Assembly: GCA_963805975.1 (NCBI GenBank)
Contig: CAWDVR010000005.1
Location: forward strand, 544,001-608,000
From: an uncultured Acidobacteriota bacterium
Lineage (GTDB): Bacteria > Acidobacteriota > Thermoanaerobaculia > Multivoradales > SZUA-115
Direction of reading: 5' to 3'
DNA: 64,000 nucleotides
Part shown: piece by piece, positions 7,873 to 17,849 of the stretch
Numbering within the stretch: position 1 is the stretch's first letter
Layout of the letters: each line of letters begins with the position of its first letter
Position numbers and translations under genes: made by a program
Notes under the pieces: generated by a model
Told to the model about the DNA's origin: nothing
Databases searched by the model: none
Seen by the model: only the letters and a program-made list of their open reading frames with translations

Positions 7873-10102
7873 GGCCGCTCGGGCCGGGATGCTCGCCGCC
7901 CTCCTCGCCGCCTGCTCCGACCCCGAGGCCGGGCACGGCTTCCGGTTGGACGAGGCGCTCGCCTCGGGCCTCGCGGAAGCCGGGGTCACGATCGCGGCCG
8001 GGGCCGAGCGCGCCGAGGTCGAGACGGCGGACGAGCGGCGCCCGGCGGTGGTGACGGACCTCGCGCCCTGGAGCTGGGAGGGCATCGTGCCGCGCCATGG
8101 CGCCTTCCACCTCGGCGCGCAGCTCGTGCCGGTGCCGGGAGCCGACACCGGGCGCTTCGAGGTGCGGGCGGAGCTGGCAGTGGGCCTCGGGCGCGAGGTG
8201 CTGGACGTGGGCGCGAGCCAGGAGGGCCGCTGGGTGGACCTGGCCGCGGACGTCTCCCGCTACGCCGGCCGGAAGGCGCGCCTCACCGTGACGCCATCGG
8301 CCACGGGCGACAGCGCCTCCGGCCACAAGGTCGCATGGACCTGGGCCGGGATCGAGCCGGCCGCGGCGGCCTCCCAGGAGCCAGCCCGACCGAACGTGCT
8401 CTTCATCCTCGTGGACACCCTGCGTGCCGACCACCTGACCCCGTACGGCTATGCGAGGGATACCTCGCCGCGCATCGCGCGCCTCCTGGCCGACCGCGGC
8501 GTGGTGGTCGAGACCGCCTACTCGCAGGCTCCGTGGACCGTGCCGTCCGCCGTCTCCTACATGACCAGCCGCTACCCCGGCGACCTCCTGCACGGCCCGA
8601 TGGAGAGCTACGCCATCCCCGAGGGCGTCGAGACCCTGGCCGAGCACTTCGCCGGCAAGGGCTACGAGACGGCGGCCTTCTACGGCAACTTCGTGCTGCG
8701 CGATGCCAACGGCTTCGGCCGCGGCTTCGCCACCCGCTACACGCCGCCGGCAGGGCCGGAGTCGAACCTGCTGCACGCGGACTCGGTCAACGCCCGCGCG
8801 CTTCCCTGGATCCGCAGCCACCAGCGCCGGCCGTTCTTCCTCTACGTCCACTACATGGACCCGCACGACCCCTACGACAACTCGGAGGTGGTGGACGGCC
8901 GCTCGCCCTTCTACCCGCAGTACCGGGGCAAGCTCTCGGGGCAGTGGGTGCACGGCGTCTACACCGGGGGCCTGCCGCTCGACGACCCGGCCGAGGACGT
9001 GGCCCACCTGACCGCGCTCTACGACACCGAGATCCACTACGTGGACCGGGCGATCGGAGACCTGCTCTCGGCGCTCGATCCGGAGGTGCTGGCCGACACG
9101 CTGGTGGTGCTCACCGCCGACCACGGCGAGGAGCTCTACGACCACGGTGGCTGGAAGCACGGCCAGACCCTCTACCAGGAGCAGATCCGCGTGCCCCTGC
9201 TCTTCCGCTGGGACCGGCGGCTGCCGGCGGGCCGGCGCCTGGCCGGCACCGTGCAGCTCCTCGATCTGCTGCCGACCCTCGCCGCGGCGGCGGGCAGCGA
9301 GCCCTCCGCGGCCTGGCAGGGCAGGAGCCTGCTGCCGGCGCTGGCGGGCGAGGCGCCGCTCGAGCGCCGGCCGGCCTTCGCCCAGCACCTGGCGAGCGGC
9401 CCGCTCCGTGCGGCGGCGATCGCCGGCCACAAGAAGCTCCTCTTCTTCAACCGCGAGGAGCCGTTCACGGCCACCAACGGCCTGATCGAGCACCTCTGGC
9501 GCCTGGACCTCGGGCGGCTCGCCCGCCGCGAGCTCTACGACCTCGAGGCCGATCCGGGCGAGAAGAGCAACCGGGTGAGCGCCGAGCCCACGGTCGCCGC
9601 GGCCCTCGAGCCGGTGATCGCCGAGCACCTCGACCGCGCCCTGCCGGGCCTCAAGATCCTCGCTTCCGGCCTCCCGGCGGGCTCGCGGCTGAGTGGTAGG
9701 ATCGTGCTCCAAGACCCCGCGGCAGAGTGGCATCCCTACTTCCTGGCACCCGCGGATCGAGTGACGGTTTCGGGCTCCGAGGTCGGCTTCGAGCTGGTGG
9801 GTGAGGCGGCCGAGGACGGGCCGCTCGAAAAGGGCCTCTGGTTCCCCGGCGAGGTGGCGGGGCTGGCACGGATCGAGGCGCGGCTTTCCGAGGGCGCCGT
9901 CGAGATCCTGGTCGGAGAGTCCGCCGCCTACCGTGGAGGCGCGGTCGCCGCCGCCGAGCTGCGTGCGGCGGGCAGGCCCGCCCGGCCTCCCGAGCGGCAC
10001 CCTGCTCTGCGGCTCTGGAGCCGGGCCCCCGCGGTGGGACCGCCGCGGCCGTCCGACGCCGAGGTGGAAAAGGGCCTGCGGGCCCTCGGCTACATCGAAT
10101 GA
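7859..10102 (+). CDS. Sulfatase-like hydrolase/transferase (alkaline phosphatase superfamily)
   Basis: PNVLFILVDTLRADHL, APWTVPS, HYMDPHDPY, YDTEIHYVD, TADHGEE, KHG and ELYDLEADPGE motifs. The start may instead be the ATG at 7888. Confidence 0.88.
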   Translation: MTSPRAARAGMLAALLAACSDPEAGHGFRLDEALASGLAEAGVTIAAGAERAEVETADERRPAVVTDLAPWSWEGIVPRHGAFHLGAQLVPVPGADTGRFEVRAELAVGLGREVLDVGASQEGRWVDLAADVSRYAGRKARLTVTPSATGDSASGHKVAWTWAGIEPAAAASQEPARPNVLFILVDTLRADHLTPYGYARDTSPRIARLLADRGVVVETAYSQAPWTVPSAVSYMTSRYPGDLLHGPMESYAIPEGVETLAEHFAGKGYETAAFYGNFVLRDANGFGRGFATRYTPPAGPESNLLHADSVNARALPWIRSHQRRPFFLYVHYMDPHDPYDNSEVVDGRSPFYPQYRGKLSGQWVHGVYTGGLPLDDPAEDVAHLTALYDTEIHYVDRAIGDLLSALDPEVLADTLVVLTADHGEELYDHGGWKHGQTLYQEQIRVPLLFRWDRRLPAGRRLAGTVQLLDLLPTLAAAAGSEPSAAWQGRSLLPALAGEAPLERRPAFAQHLASGPLRAAAIAGHKKLLFFNREEPFTATNGLIEHLWRLDLGRLARRELYDLEADPGEKSNRVSAEPTVAAALEPVIAEHLDRALPGLKILASGLPAGSRLSGRIVLQDPAAEWHPYFLAPADRVTVSGSEVGFELVGEAAEDGPLEKGLWFPGEVAGLARIEARLSEGAVEILVGESAAYRGGAVAAAELRAAGRPARPPERHPALRLWSRAPAVGPPRPSDAEVEKGLRALGYIE

Positions 10103-12030
10103 CCTCCCTCCTGCCACCAGGCGAACCCGAACGCGTGGACGCGGCGAGCGCGCTCGTCCTCGCACCGCACTACGACGACGAGGTGCTGGGCTGCGGCGGG
10201 CTGGTGGCACGGCTCGCGGCCTCCGGTGCCGAGGTCGGCGTTCTCTTCCTGACCGACGGTACGGCGAGCACAGACGAGGGTGAGGATCCTCTCCAGCACG
10301 CGGCCCAGCGCCGCCGGGAGGCGGAGGCCGCCGGCGCGGTGCTCGGCATCCGTTGGAGCGAGCACCTCGGGCTCCCCGACGGCCGGCTGGAGCACCAGGT
10401 CGAGGCGGCGGCAGAAGGAATCGCGCGCCTCCTGGCCCAACGCCGGCCCCGGCTGCTCCTCGTGCCTTCGCCGCTCGAGGTGACGGCGGACCACCGCGCG
10501 GCCTTCGCGGCCCTGCACCGGGCACTGTCACCGCTCCGCGAAGCGGCGGGAGCTTCGACCCCCGAGGAGACCGCCCTGCTCGCCGCGACGGCGGAGCTCG
10601 AGGTCCTCGCCTACGAGGTCAACCGGCCTCTCTTCCCCAACCTGTTGGTGGACGTGAGCGCCGAGATCCCCAAGCTCGAAGCGGCCATGGCCTGCTACGC
10701 CAGCCAGCAGCGGCGGCACGACTACCTCCGGGCGCGCCTGGGTCTGTCGCGCTATCGCACGCTGACCCTCCCGGCCGGTGTGGAGGCGGCCGAGGCCTAC
10801 GTCCGCCTCGCGCCGGCAGACTTCGTCACCCGCAGTCACGCACAGCTCGTGGCGCACCTGGGGGGCGAGCCGCGGCGGCTCGAGGTGCGCGAGGGGCCGC
10901 GGATCTCGGTGGTGGTGCGCACCAAGGACCGCCCGGCCCTCCTCGCCGAGGCGCTGGCGAGCCTCGCCGCGGGTTTCTACCGCCGGGCCGAGGTGGTGCT
11001 GGTCAACGACGGCGGCCGGCCGCCGGAGGTCCCGGCCGACTTCCCGCTGCCGGTGCTGCGCATCGACCTGCCGCAGAACCTGGGCCGCGCCGCTGCGGCC
11101 CAGGCCGGGGTCGAGGCGGCGACCGGCGACTACGTCGCCTTCCTCGACGACGACGACATTGCCGCCCCCGAGCACCTCGCCACCTTGGCCGGGCTGGTCT
11201 CCACCGCCGGCCTGCGCGTGGCCTACACGGACGCCGCGGTCGGCGTCTACGAGCTCGACGCCCGAGAGGGCTGGCGCCTCGCCGAGCGTCGCCTGCCCTA
11301 CAGCCGCGACTTCGACCCCGATCTCCTGGCGGTCGACAACTACATCCCCTTCAACACCGTGCTCGTGGAGCGCGCGCTCTTCGCCGAGGTGGGGCCGTTC
11401 GACGAGTCCCTGCCCTTCTTCGAGGACTGGGACTACCTGATCCGACTCGCCGCCAGGGCGCCGTTCCATCACTTGCGGCAGGTGACCTGCGAGTACCGGC
11501 ACTTCCGCGGCGCCGGCCATCACGTGCTGGGAGAGACACCGAAGAACCGCGCCGACTTCCTGGCGATGAAGGAGCAGGTGCTGGCCAAGCACGCGACCCA
11601 CCTCACGCCGGCACGCCTGGCCGCCGTGGTCGATCGCCTGCGGGCCGAGATCGTGGACCTGGCCGAGGCTCGGGGCACGGCGCGGCGCGAGGCCCGGGAG
11701 CGGGCGGCCGCGGTCGCCCGTCTCGAGGCCCAGCGCGGCGAGGCCGAGGACCGCTTTCACCGCCTGCACGGCGAGCTGGTCTCGGTCCAGGGCGACCACG
11801 CGCGTCTGCTCTCGGAGATCGAGGGCCACGCCGGCGAGATCCGCCGCCTGCACGGCGAGGAACGGCGCCTGAACGACGACAACCAGCGCCTGGAGCGGGA
11901 CCTCACCGTGCAGACCGACCTCGTGGCCCGCCTCTACGCCGAGCTCGAGCGCCTGACGAAGCGCATCGAGGCCATGGAGTCGACCCGCGCCTGGCGTGCC
12001 CATCAATGGTGGCAGCGCAGGGTGCGATGA
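10099..12030 (+). CDS. PIG-L deacetylase - GT2 - coiled-coil fusion protein
   Basis: APHYDDE and ADH (PIG-L); VVVRTKDR, VNDGG, FLDDDD, FEDWD (GT2); heptad-rich C-terminus. Confidence 0.88.
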   Translation: MTSLLPPGEPERVDAASALVLAPHYDDEVLGCGGLVARLAASGAEVGVLFLTDGTASTDEGEDPLQHAAQRRREAEAAGAVLGIRWSEHLGLPDGRLEHQVEAAAEGIARLLAQRRPRLLLVPSPLEVTADHRAAFAALHRALSPLREAAGASTPEETALLAATAELEVLAYEVNRPLFPNLLVDVSAEIPKLEAAMACYASQQRRHDYLRARLGLSRYRTLTLPAGVEAAEAYVRLAPADFVTRSHAQLVAHLGGEPRRLEVREGPRISVVVRTKDRPALLAEALASLAAGFYRRAEVVLVNDGGRPPEVPADFPLPVLRIDLPQNLGRAAAAQAGVEAATGDYVAFLDDDDIAAPEHLATLAGLVSTAGLRVAYTDAAVGVYELDAREGWRLAERRLPYSRDFDPDLLAVDNYIPFNTVLVERALFAEVGPFDESLPFFEDWDYLIRLAARAPFHHLRQVTCEYRHFRGAGHHVLGETPKNRADFLAMKEQVLAKHATHLTPARLAAVVDRLRAEIVDLAEARGTARREARERAAAVARLEAQRGEAEDRFHRLHGELVSVQGDHARLLSEIEGHAGEIRRLHGEERRLNDDNQRLERDLTVQTDLVARLYAELERLTKRIEAMESTRAWRAHQWWQRRVR

Positions 12031-13313
12031 CGCGCATCGCGCTCCTGCCGAGCGAGCCGCTTCGCGCCCGCATGGCGGGCATCGGTCTGCGCTACCTGGA
12101 GCTGGCGCGGCGCCTGCCGCGGTCGGGTCTCGAGGTCGTGGTGCTGACGCCCGGCGAGCCGGAGGAGGTGCCGGCGCTGGTCCGCGGCCAGGGGGCGTCG
12201 GCGGAGGTCCGGCGCTTCGCGCGCGGCGGCCTCGCGCGCCTCCTCGCGGACTGCGACGGCGCCGTGGCGCAGGGCCAGCTCGCCAACGATCTGCTGCTCG
12301 AGTGCCCGGCGTTGCCGGTGGCGATCGACCTCTACGACCCGTGGCTGATCGAGAACCTGCACTACACCGCGACCCTGGGGCTCGATCCCTACCGCAACGA
12401 CCACGCCACGTGGGTGCTCCAGATGTCCCGCGGCGACTTCTTCCTCTGCTCGTCCGAGGAACAGCGCCGCTTCTACCTCGGCTTCCTGGCCGCGCTCGGC
12501 CGGCTCAACCCGCGGCGCGTCGAGACCGATCCCACCCTCGGCGGCCTGATCGCCACCGTGCCGTTCGGTCTGCCCGAGGAGCTGCCGCCGCACCAGCCCG
12601 TGCTCCCCGCGCGGCACGAGGGCGGCCGGCGCCTGCTCTTCGGCGGCCTCTACGACTGGTACGACCCGTGGACCCTGCTCGACGCCCTGGCGCGGCTCGA
12701 AGCCCTGCCCTGGACGCTGCTCCTGGTCGAGAACCCCAACCCGACCTCGACACCGCAGCGCCTCTTCGCGGAGGTGCGCGCCTGGTGCGAGGCGCGGGGC
12801 TGGTGGGGCAGCCCCAACCGCCGTGCCAGAGTCGAGGCGATCCCCTGGGTGCCGTTCGAGCGGCGCTACGACCTGCTGCGTGACGTGGATGCGCTGGTGG
12901 CCACCCACCGGCCATCGATCGAGACCGAGCTGGCGCTCAGGACCCGGTTTCTCGATGCTTTCGCGGCCGGCTGCCCGGCGGTGGCGAGCGACGGCGGCAC
13001 CGTGGCGCGGCTGATGCGCGAGGAGGGTGCCGGCTGGGTGGCGCCGCCGGGCGACGCGGCGGCGCTGGCGGCCTGCCTGGAAGAGGTCCTCGCCGGCGGC
13101 GAGCCGGTGGCGGCCCGGCGGCGGGCGGGCCTCGCGCTGGCGCGACGGTTCTCGTGGGACGCGGTGCTGGCGCCGCTCGTCGCCTGGTGCCGGGAGCCGC
13201 AGAGCGATCCCACGAAGGACGACTTCGCCTTCCGGCCGCCCACCGTGGCGCCTCCGGACACGTTCTCCTTCCGCCTGCGCCGGCGCCTCGCCACGCTCCA
13301 GGGAGAGCGATGA
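12027..13313 (+). CDS. Glycosyltransferase family 4
   Basis: ATG at 12027; MAGIGLRY, DLYDP, GGLYDWYDP, RTRFLD, GCPAVAS motifs. Confidence 0.85.
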   Translation: MTRIALLPSEPLRARMAGIGLRYLELARRLPRSGLEVVVLTPGEPEEVPALVRGQGASAEVRRFARGGLARLLADCDGAVAQGQLANDLLLECPALPVAIDLYDPWLIENLHYTATLGLDPYRNDHATWVLQMSRGDFFLCSSEEQRRFYLGFLAALGRLNPRRVETDPTLGGLIATVPFGLPEELPPHQPVLPARHEGGRRLLFGGLYDWYDPWTLLDALARLEALPWTLLLVENPNPTSTPQRLFAEVRAWCEARGWWGSPNRRARVEAIPWVPFERRYDLLRDVDALVATHRPSIETELALRTRFLDAFAAGCPAVASDGGTVARLMREEGAGWVAPPGDAAALAACLEEVLAGGEPVAARRRAGLALARRFSWDAVLAPLVAWCREPQSDPTKDDFAFRPPTVAPPDTFSFRLRRRLATLQGER

Positions 13314-14671
13314 GCGTGCCGCGCAAGGTCTCGGTCGCCATCCTGTCGTGGAACGGCCGCCACCACCTCGCGACCTGCCTCGCGGCGCTCGCCGAGCAGC
13401 ACGACCCGGGGGTGCCGTGGGAGATCCTGGTGCTCGACAACGGCTCGCGCGACGGCACCGCGGACTGGCTCGCGGCGCGCCACCCGGAAGTGCGGGTGAT
13501 CGCGAGCCCGGTGAACCTCGGCTTCTGCGCCGGCAACAACCGGCTGGTGGAGGAGGCGACCGGCGACGCCGTGGCGCTGCTCAACAACGACACCCGGCCG
13601 CGGCCGGAGTGGCTCGCGGCCCTGGTCGATGCGCTGGCCGCGGCGCCGCCGGACGTGGCGGCGGTCTCCGGCCTGATCCTCGACTGGGAAGGGCGGCGGC
13701 TCGACTTCGCGCGCGGCGCCATGACCTTCGACGGCCACGCCTTCCAGCTCGGCTTTCGCCGGCCGCTCGCGGCAGTGGAAATGCCGGCTGCCGGCACCGA
13801 GCTGCCCTTCGCCTGCGGCGGCAACCTGCTGGTGCGGCGCGAGTCGTTCCTGGCGGCCGGCGGCTTCGACGCCGACTACTTCGCCTACCTCGAGGACGTG
13901 GACCTCGGCTGGCGGCTGTGGTCGGGCGGCGAGCGGGTGCTGTTCGCACCCGAGGCCGTGGTGCACCACCGGTCGAGCGCCACGAGCGACCTCCTCGGCC
14001 TCTTCAATCGCGGGTTTCTGTTCGAGCGGAACGCCTTCCTCACCGCCTACAAGAACTACGAGGAAGGGCTGTGGCAGAAGATGATGCCGGCGGTTCTGCT
14101 GACGCTCCTCCACCGCACGCAGGTGCTTCTCGAGCGCAACAACCCCGGTGGCCACGAGCTGGCTATCGACCCCTACGCCGGTCATATCGCGGACACGGCG
14201 CCCGGCGCCGCAAGGCAGCCCAGTGGTGCGCCGCCCGCGATCGCCGAGCCCGCTGCCTGGAGCGGCGACCGGCTGCTGGCCGGGCTGCGCGAGAGGTGGC
14301 AGCGCCACGGTCCGCGGGAGTTCCTGCGCCGCGGCATCGTGTCGGCGGCCAACCGCCTGCTGGGCACCTCCGCGACCGGGCCGGTCGGGCGCCCGGATCC
14401 GCCGTGCCTGACCGACGAGCGCTCCATCGCCCAGCTCAGGGCGCTCTCCTATCTCGGCGGCCACCTGGGCGCCGCCGCAGCCAAGCGCCGCTCCATCCAG
14501 ACCCGCCGGCGGCGCTCCGACGCCGAGTACTTCGAGCGCTTCCCGCTCTACGTCGTGCCCACCTATCCAGGAGACGAGGAGCTCTTCGCGAGCGCGGGGT
14601 TCGAGAGCTGGCTACCGGAAGGCGTGCCGCTGGTGCGGAGCACGCTGGGTGAGGTGATGGAGGTGGGGTAG
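13310..14671 (+). CDS. Glycosyltransferase family 2
   Basis: ATG at 13310; LDNGSRDG, NLGFCAGNN, LLNND, FAYLEDVDLGWR motifs. Confidence 0.9.
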   Translation: MSVPRKVSVAILSWNGRHHLATCLAALAEQHDPGVPWEILVLDNGSRDGTADWLAARHPEVRVIASPVNLGFCAGNNRLVEEATGDAVALLNNDTRPRPEWLAALVDALAAAPPDVAAVSGLILDWEGRRLDFARGAMTFDGHAFQLGFRRPLAAVEMPAAGTELPFACGGNLLVRRESFLAAGGFDADYFAYLEDVDLGWRLWSGGERVLFAPEAVVHHRSSATSDLLGLFNRGFLFERNAFLTAYKNYEEGLWQKMMPAVLLTLLHRTQVLLERNNPGGHELAIDPYAGHIADTAPGAARQPSGAPPAIAEPAAWSGDRLLAGLRERWQRHGPREFLRRGIVSAANRLLGTSATGPVGRPDPPCLTDERSIAQLRALSYLGGHLGAAAAKRRSIQTRRRRSDAEYFERFPLYVVPTYPGDEELFASAGFESWLPEGVPLVRSTLGEVMEVG

Positions 14672-14679
14672 GGGTTGAT

Positions 14680-14907
14680 ATGCTGGCCGCGATGCCCCGG
14701 CTTCCCACCAGTGGCCCCGAGCACCACGACGCGGGCGCAGCCGCCGAAGACGCCTTCTCCGGCCAGCCGTTCACGGACTTCTCGCCAGAGGGTGTGGACC
14801 GGAACCTCATCCGATCCATGCTCGAGCTGACGCCTACGGGGAGGCTCCAGATGCTGCAAGGGGCCGCAAGCAGCGTGTGGGCTCTACGGCGTGCAGCACG
14901 AACCTAG
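14680..14907 (+). CDS. Small protein, putative antitoxin partner of the downstream nucleotidyltransferase
   Basis: 75 aa, GVDRNLIRSMLELTPTGRL; overlaps the next gene in a two-gene module. Confidence 0.55.
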   Translation: MLAAMPRLPTSGPEHHDAGAAAEDAFSGQPFTDFSPEGVDRNLIRSMLELTPTGRLQMLQGAASSVWALRRAART

Positions 14908-15376
14908 GTTCCTCGATCTCCTGGCAGTGCTCGACCGGCACGGTGTCGAGCACGTCGTGGTCGGTGGCGTAGCTGCTGCCTTCGCTGGCGCTCCGATTAT
15001 CACGCTGGACCTTGACGTCGTTTTCCGCCGGACGGCAGAGAACGCTGTGCGGATGGATGCTGCTCTACGGGAGGTCGACGCGATCTATCGCGACCCGGCC
15101 GGCCGCCACATAGTGCCGGATGTCGAGCGTCTGCTCGCAGGCAAGATCCACCTACTGGAGACGCGATCGGGCTACCTTGACGTGCTCACTGCGATCGGCG
15201 CTGGCCTGACTTTCGAGGATCTCGAGCCGCGCTCGATCTCGATGGAGGTAGCCGGTCTCACGGTCAAGGTGCTGGATCTCGCGGTCGTGATCGAGACCAA
15301 AGAGCATGCCAACCGGCCGAAGGACCGAGCCGTTCTGTACGAGCTTCGCGAGACGCTACGGCTCCGGAGCTCGTAG
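14891..15376 (+). CDS. Nucleotidyltransferase-fold protein (putative TA component)
   Basis: VVVGGVAA...TLDLD nucleotidyltransferase motif and C-terminal K...RPKD. Confidence 0.75.
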   Translation: MQHEPRFLDLLAVLDRHGVEHVVVGGVAAAFAGAPIITLDLDVVFRRTAENAVRMDAALREVDAIYRDPAGRHIVPDVERLLAGKIHLLETRSGYLDVLTAIGAGLTFEDLEPRSISMEVAGLTVKVLDLAVVIETKEHANRPKDRAVLYELRETLRLRSS

Positions 15377-15433
15377 GTCGCTCTGCTACCATCTCCGCCT
15401 TCGCTCATCTCTCACCGCTGGAGGCCCTGTCCC

Positions 15434-17524
15434 ATGCTCTTGCGCCGTGTCCTGTCCCTGCTCGCTCTCGCCTCGTTTTTTTCCGACTCGCTCTGCGCCG
15501 CCGAATCGATCTCGCCTCCCACCCGCCGCCCGATGACGGCCGAGGACCTTTGGGCCATGGAGCGGGTGGGTGATCCGGCCGTGTCGCCGGACGGCCGCTG
15601 GGTGGTGTTCACCGTCACCCGCTACTCGGTCGAGAAGAACCGGGGCAACGGCGACCTCTGGCTGGTGCCGGCGGACGGCAGCGCAGCGCCCCGGCGGCTG
15701 ACCTGGAACGAGGGCGCGGACGGCTCGCCGGTCTGGAGCCCCGACGGCAAGCGCCTGGCCTTCATCTCCAAACGCGGGGACACGCCTTCGCAGCTCTACG
15801 TGCTGCCGCTGGAAGGCGGCGAGGCCGAGCCGGTGACTGAGCTGCCCATGGCTCCGGACTCGCCGAAGTGGTTTCCCGACGGGCGCCGCATCGGTTTCCT
15901 CGCCCTGACCTGGCCGGAGCTGAACGACGACCTGCCGGCGGTCAAGAAGCGGCTCGACGCCGCCAAGGACGACAAGACGCAGGCCCGGATCAGCGAGGGC
16001 CGGCTGCTGCGCTTCTGGGACGAGTACAAGACCGACGGCCGTGTGGCGCACGTCTTCGCCGTCGACCTCGACTCGCGCCAGGTGACCGACCTCACGCCCG
16101 GCTCGAAGCGCCTCCTGGGGCTCCAGGAGGTGGGTGACTGGGACCTGGCGCCGGACGGCCGCGAATTCGCCTTCTCCGCCAACTCGACCGCGCCGCCGTA
16201 CACCACGCTCAACTACGACGTCTTCACCGTGCCGCTCGCCGAGGACGGGAAGCCGGGTGAGGCGAAGAACCTGACGGCGGCCAACCCGGCGGACGACTCG
16301 TCGCCCGTCTACTCGGAGGACGGCCGCTACCTCCTGTACGGCCGCGGCCGCCGGCCGGAGAACGACGCGGACTTCACCAAGCTCGCGCGCTACGACCGGC
16401 GCTCCGGCGAGGTCCGCGGCCTGATGGAGGATTGGGATGTCGCGCCTGCGGACTGGTCGACGTCGCGCGACGGCGCGATGATCTACTTCCAGGCCGAGGA
16501 ACGCGGCCGGGTCCACGCCTATCGCGCGGCCATCGACGGCGGCGCGCCGCAGCGGCTGGCCGAGGGCGGCTCGATCTCGGGCGTGGCGCTCGCGAGCTCG
16601 GGAACAGACGGCGCCAACCCGCGGATCGTCTTCCGCCGTGAGTCGATGCTCGCGCCCGCGCAGATCTTCGCCCAGGAGGTCGAGGGCTCGGCGCGGGCCC
16701 TCACCAACTTCAACGCCGCGCGCCTGGCCGAGCTGGACCTCGGTTCGATGGGGGAGCGCACGGTGCGGGGCGCCGGCGGCGACGAGGTCCACGTGATCCT
16801 CGCCTTTCCGCCGGGCTTCGACCGCACGAAGAAGTGGCCGCTCCTCCATGCCGTGCACGGCGGCCCGCACGGCGCTTTCTTCGATCAGTTCCACTTCCGC
16901 TGGAACGCGGCCCTCTTCGCCGCCCGCGGCTACGTGGTGGCGATGGTCAACTTCCACGGCTCGACCGGCTACGGCCAGGCCTTCGCCGAGTCGATCGTGG
17001 GCGCGCACGGTGACAAGCCCTTCGCCGACGTGATGGCGGCGACGGACGCGCTCCTGGCCGAGGGCTTCATCGACGAGAAGCGGATGGCGGCGGCGGGGGG
17101 CTCGTACGGCGGCTATCTCGTGTCCTGGATCCTGGGCCACACGGACCGCTTCGCGGCGCTGGTGGACCACGCCGGCGTCTACGACCTGATGGGCCAGTTC
17201 GCCTCGGACGCGACCTGGGGCCGCTCGCTCAACTACGGCGCCTCGCCGTGGACCGATCCGGCGCGGGTGGATCTCTACTCGCCGAGCCGCTTCGCCAAGG
17301 AGTTCGCGACGCCGACGCTGATCCTCCACGGGGAGAAGGACTACCGCGTGCCCTACACCCAGGGCGTGAACCTCTACGGCGTGCTCCAGGGCAAGGGCGT
17401 GCCGTCGCGGATCGTGATCTTCCCCGAGGAGAACCACTGGGTGCTCAAGCCCCAGGCCGCGCTCCTGTGGTGGAAAGAGGTCTTCGCCTGGCTGGATCGC
17501 TTCGCGCCGGGCGGGGGACGGTAG
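15434..17524 (+). CDS. S9 family peptidase (dipeptidyl peptidase/acylaminoacyl peptidase-like)
   Basis: Signal peptide, PD40-like SPDG repeats, HGGPH, GGSYGG, D in EKDYRV, H in ENHW. Confidence 0.95.
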   Translation: MLLRRVLSLLALASFFSDSLCAAESISPPTRRPMTAEDLWAMERVGDPAVSPDGRWVVFTVTRYSVEKNRGNGDLWLVPADGSAAPRRLTWNEGADGSPVWSPDGKRLAFISKRGDTPSQLYVLPLEGGEAEPVTELPMAPDSPKWFPDGRRIGFLALTWPELNDDLPAVKKRLDAAKDDKTQARISEGRLLRFWDEYKTDGRVAHVFAVDLDSRQVTDLTPGSKRLLGLQEVGDWDLAPDGREFAFSANSTAPPYTTLNYDVFTVPLAEDGKPGEAKNLTAANPADDSSPVYSEDGRYLLYGRGRRPENDADFTKLARYDRRSGEVRGLMEDWDVAPADWSTSRDGAMIYFQAEERGRVHAYRAAIDGGAPQRLAEGGSISGVALASSGTDGANPRIVFRRESMLAPAQIFAQEVEGSARALTNFNAARLAELDLGSMGERTVRGAGGDEVHVILAFPPGFDRTKKWPLLHAVHGGPHGAFFDQFHFRWNAALFAARGYVVAMVNFHGSTGYGQAFAESIVGAHGDKPFADVMAATDALLAEGFIDEKRMAAAGGSYGGYLVSWILGHTDRFAALVDHAGVYDLMGQFASDATWGRSLNYGASPWTDPARVDLYSPSRFAKEFATPTLILHGEKDYRVPYTQGVNLYGVLQGKGVPSRIVIFPEENHWVLKPQAALLWWKEVFAWLDRFAPGGGR

Positions 17525-17528
17525 GCCG

Positions 17529-17849
17529 CTACTCCTCTTCCACCACCACCGCCGTGCCGTAGGCCAGGAGCTCGGCGGCGCCGCGGGCCACCTCGGAGGT
17601 GGCGAAGCGCAGGGTGATGACGGCGTTGGCGCCCAGCTCGCGGGCCTCCTCGACCAGGCGGTCCAGGGCCTGCTCGCGCGACTCGGCCACCAGCTTGGTG
17701 TACTCGGCGATCTCGCCGCCGACCAGGCCCCTGAGCCGGGCTATGAAATCGCGCCCCAGGTGCCGGCCGCGGGTGGTGTTGCCCCGCACCAGGCCCAGGG
17801 TGCGGACGATGCGCATGCCGGCGATCGACTCGCTGGTGGTGACGATCAC
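17529..17849 (-). CDS. YbjQ/UPF0145 family protein
   Basis: MIVTT...LGLVRG...GGEI...GANAV...AYGTAV signature. Confidence 0.92.
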   Translation of the reverse strand: MIVTTSESIAGMRIVRTLGLVRGNTTRGRHLGRDFIARLRGLVGGEIAEYTKLVAESREQALDRLVEEARELGANAVITLRFATSEVARGAAELLAYGTAVVVEEE

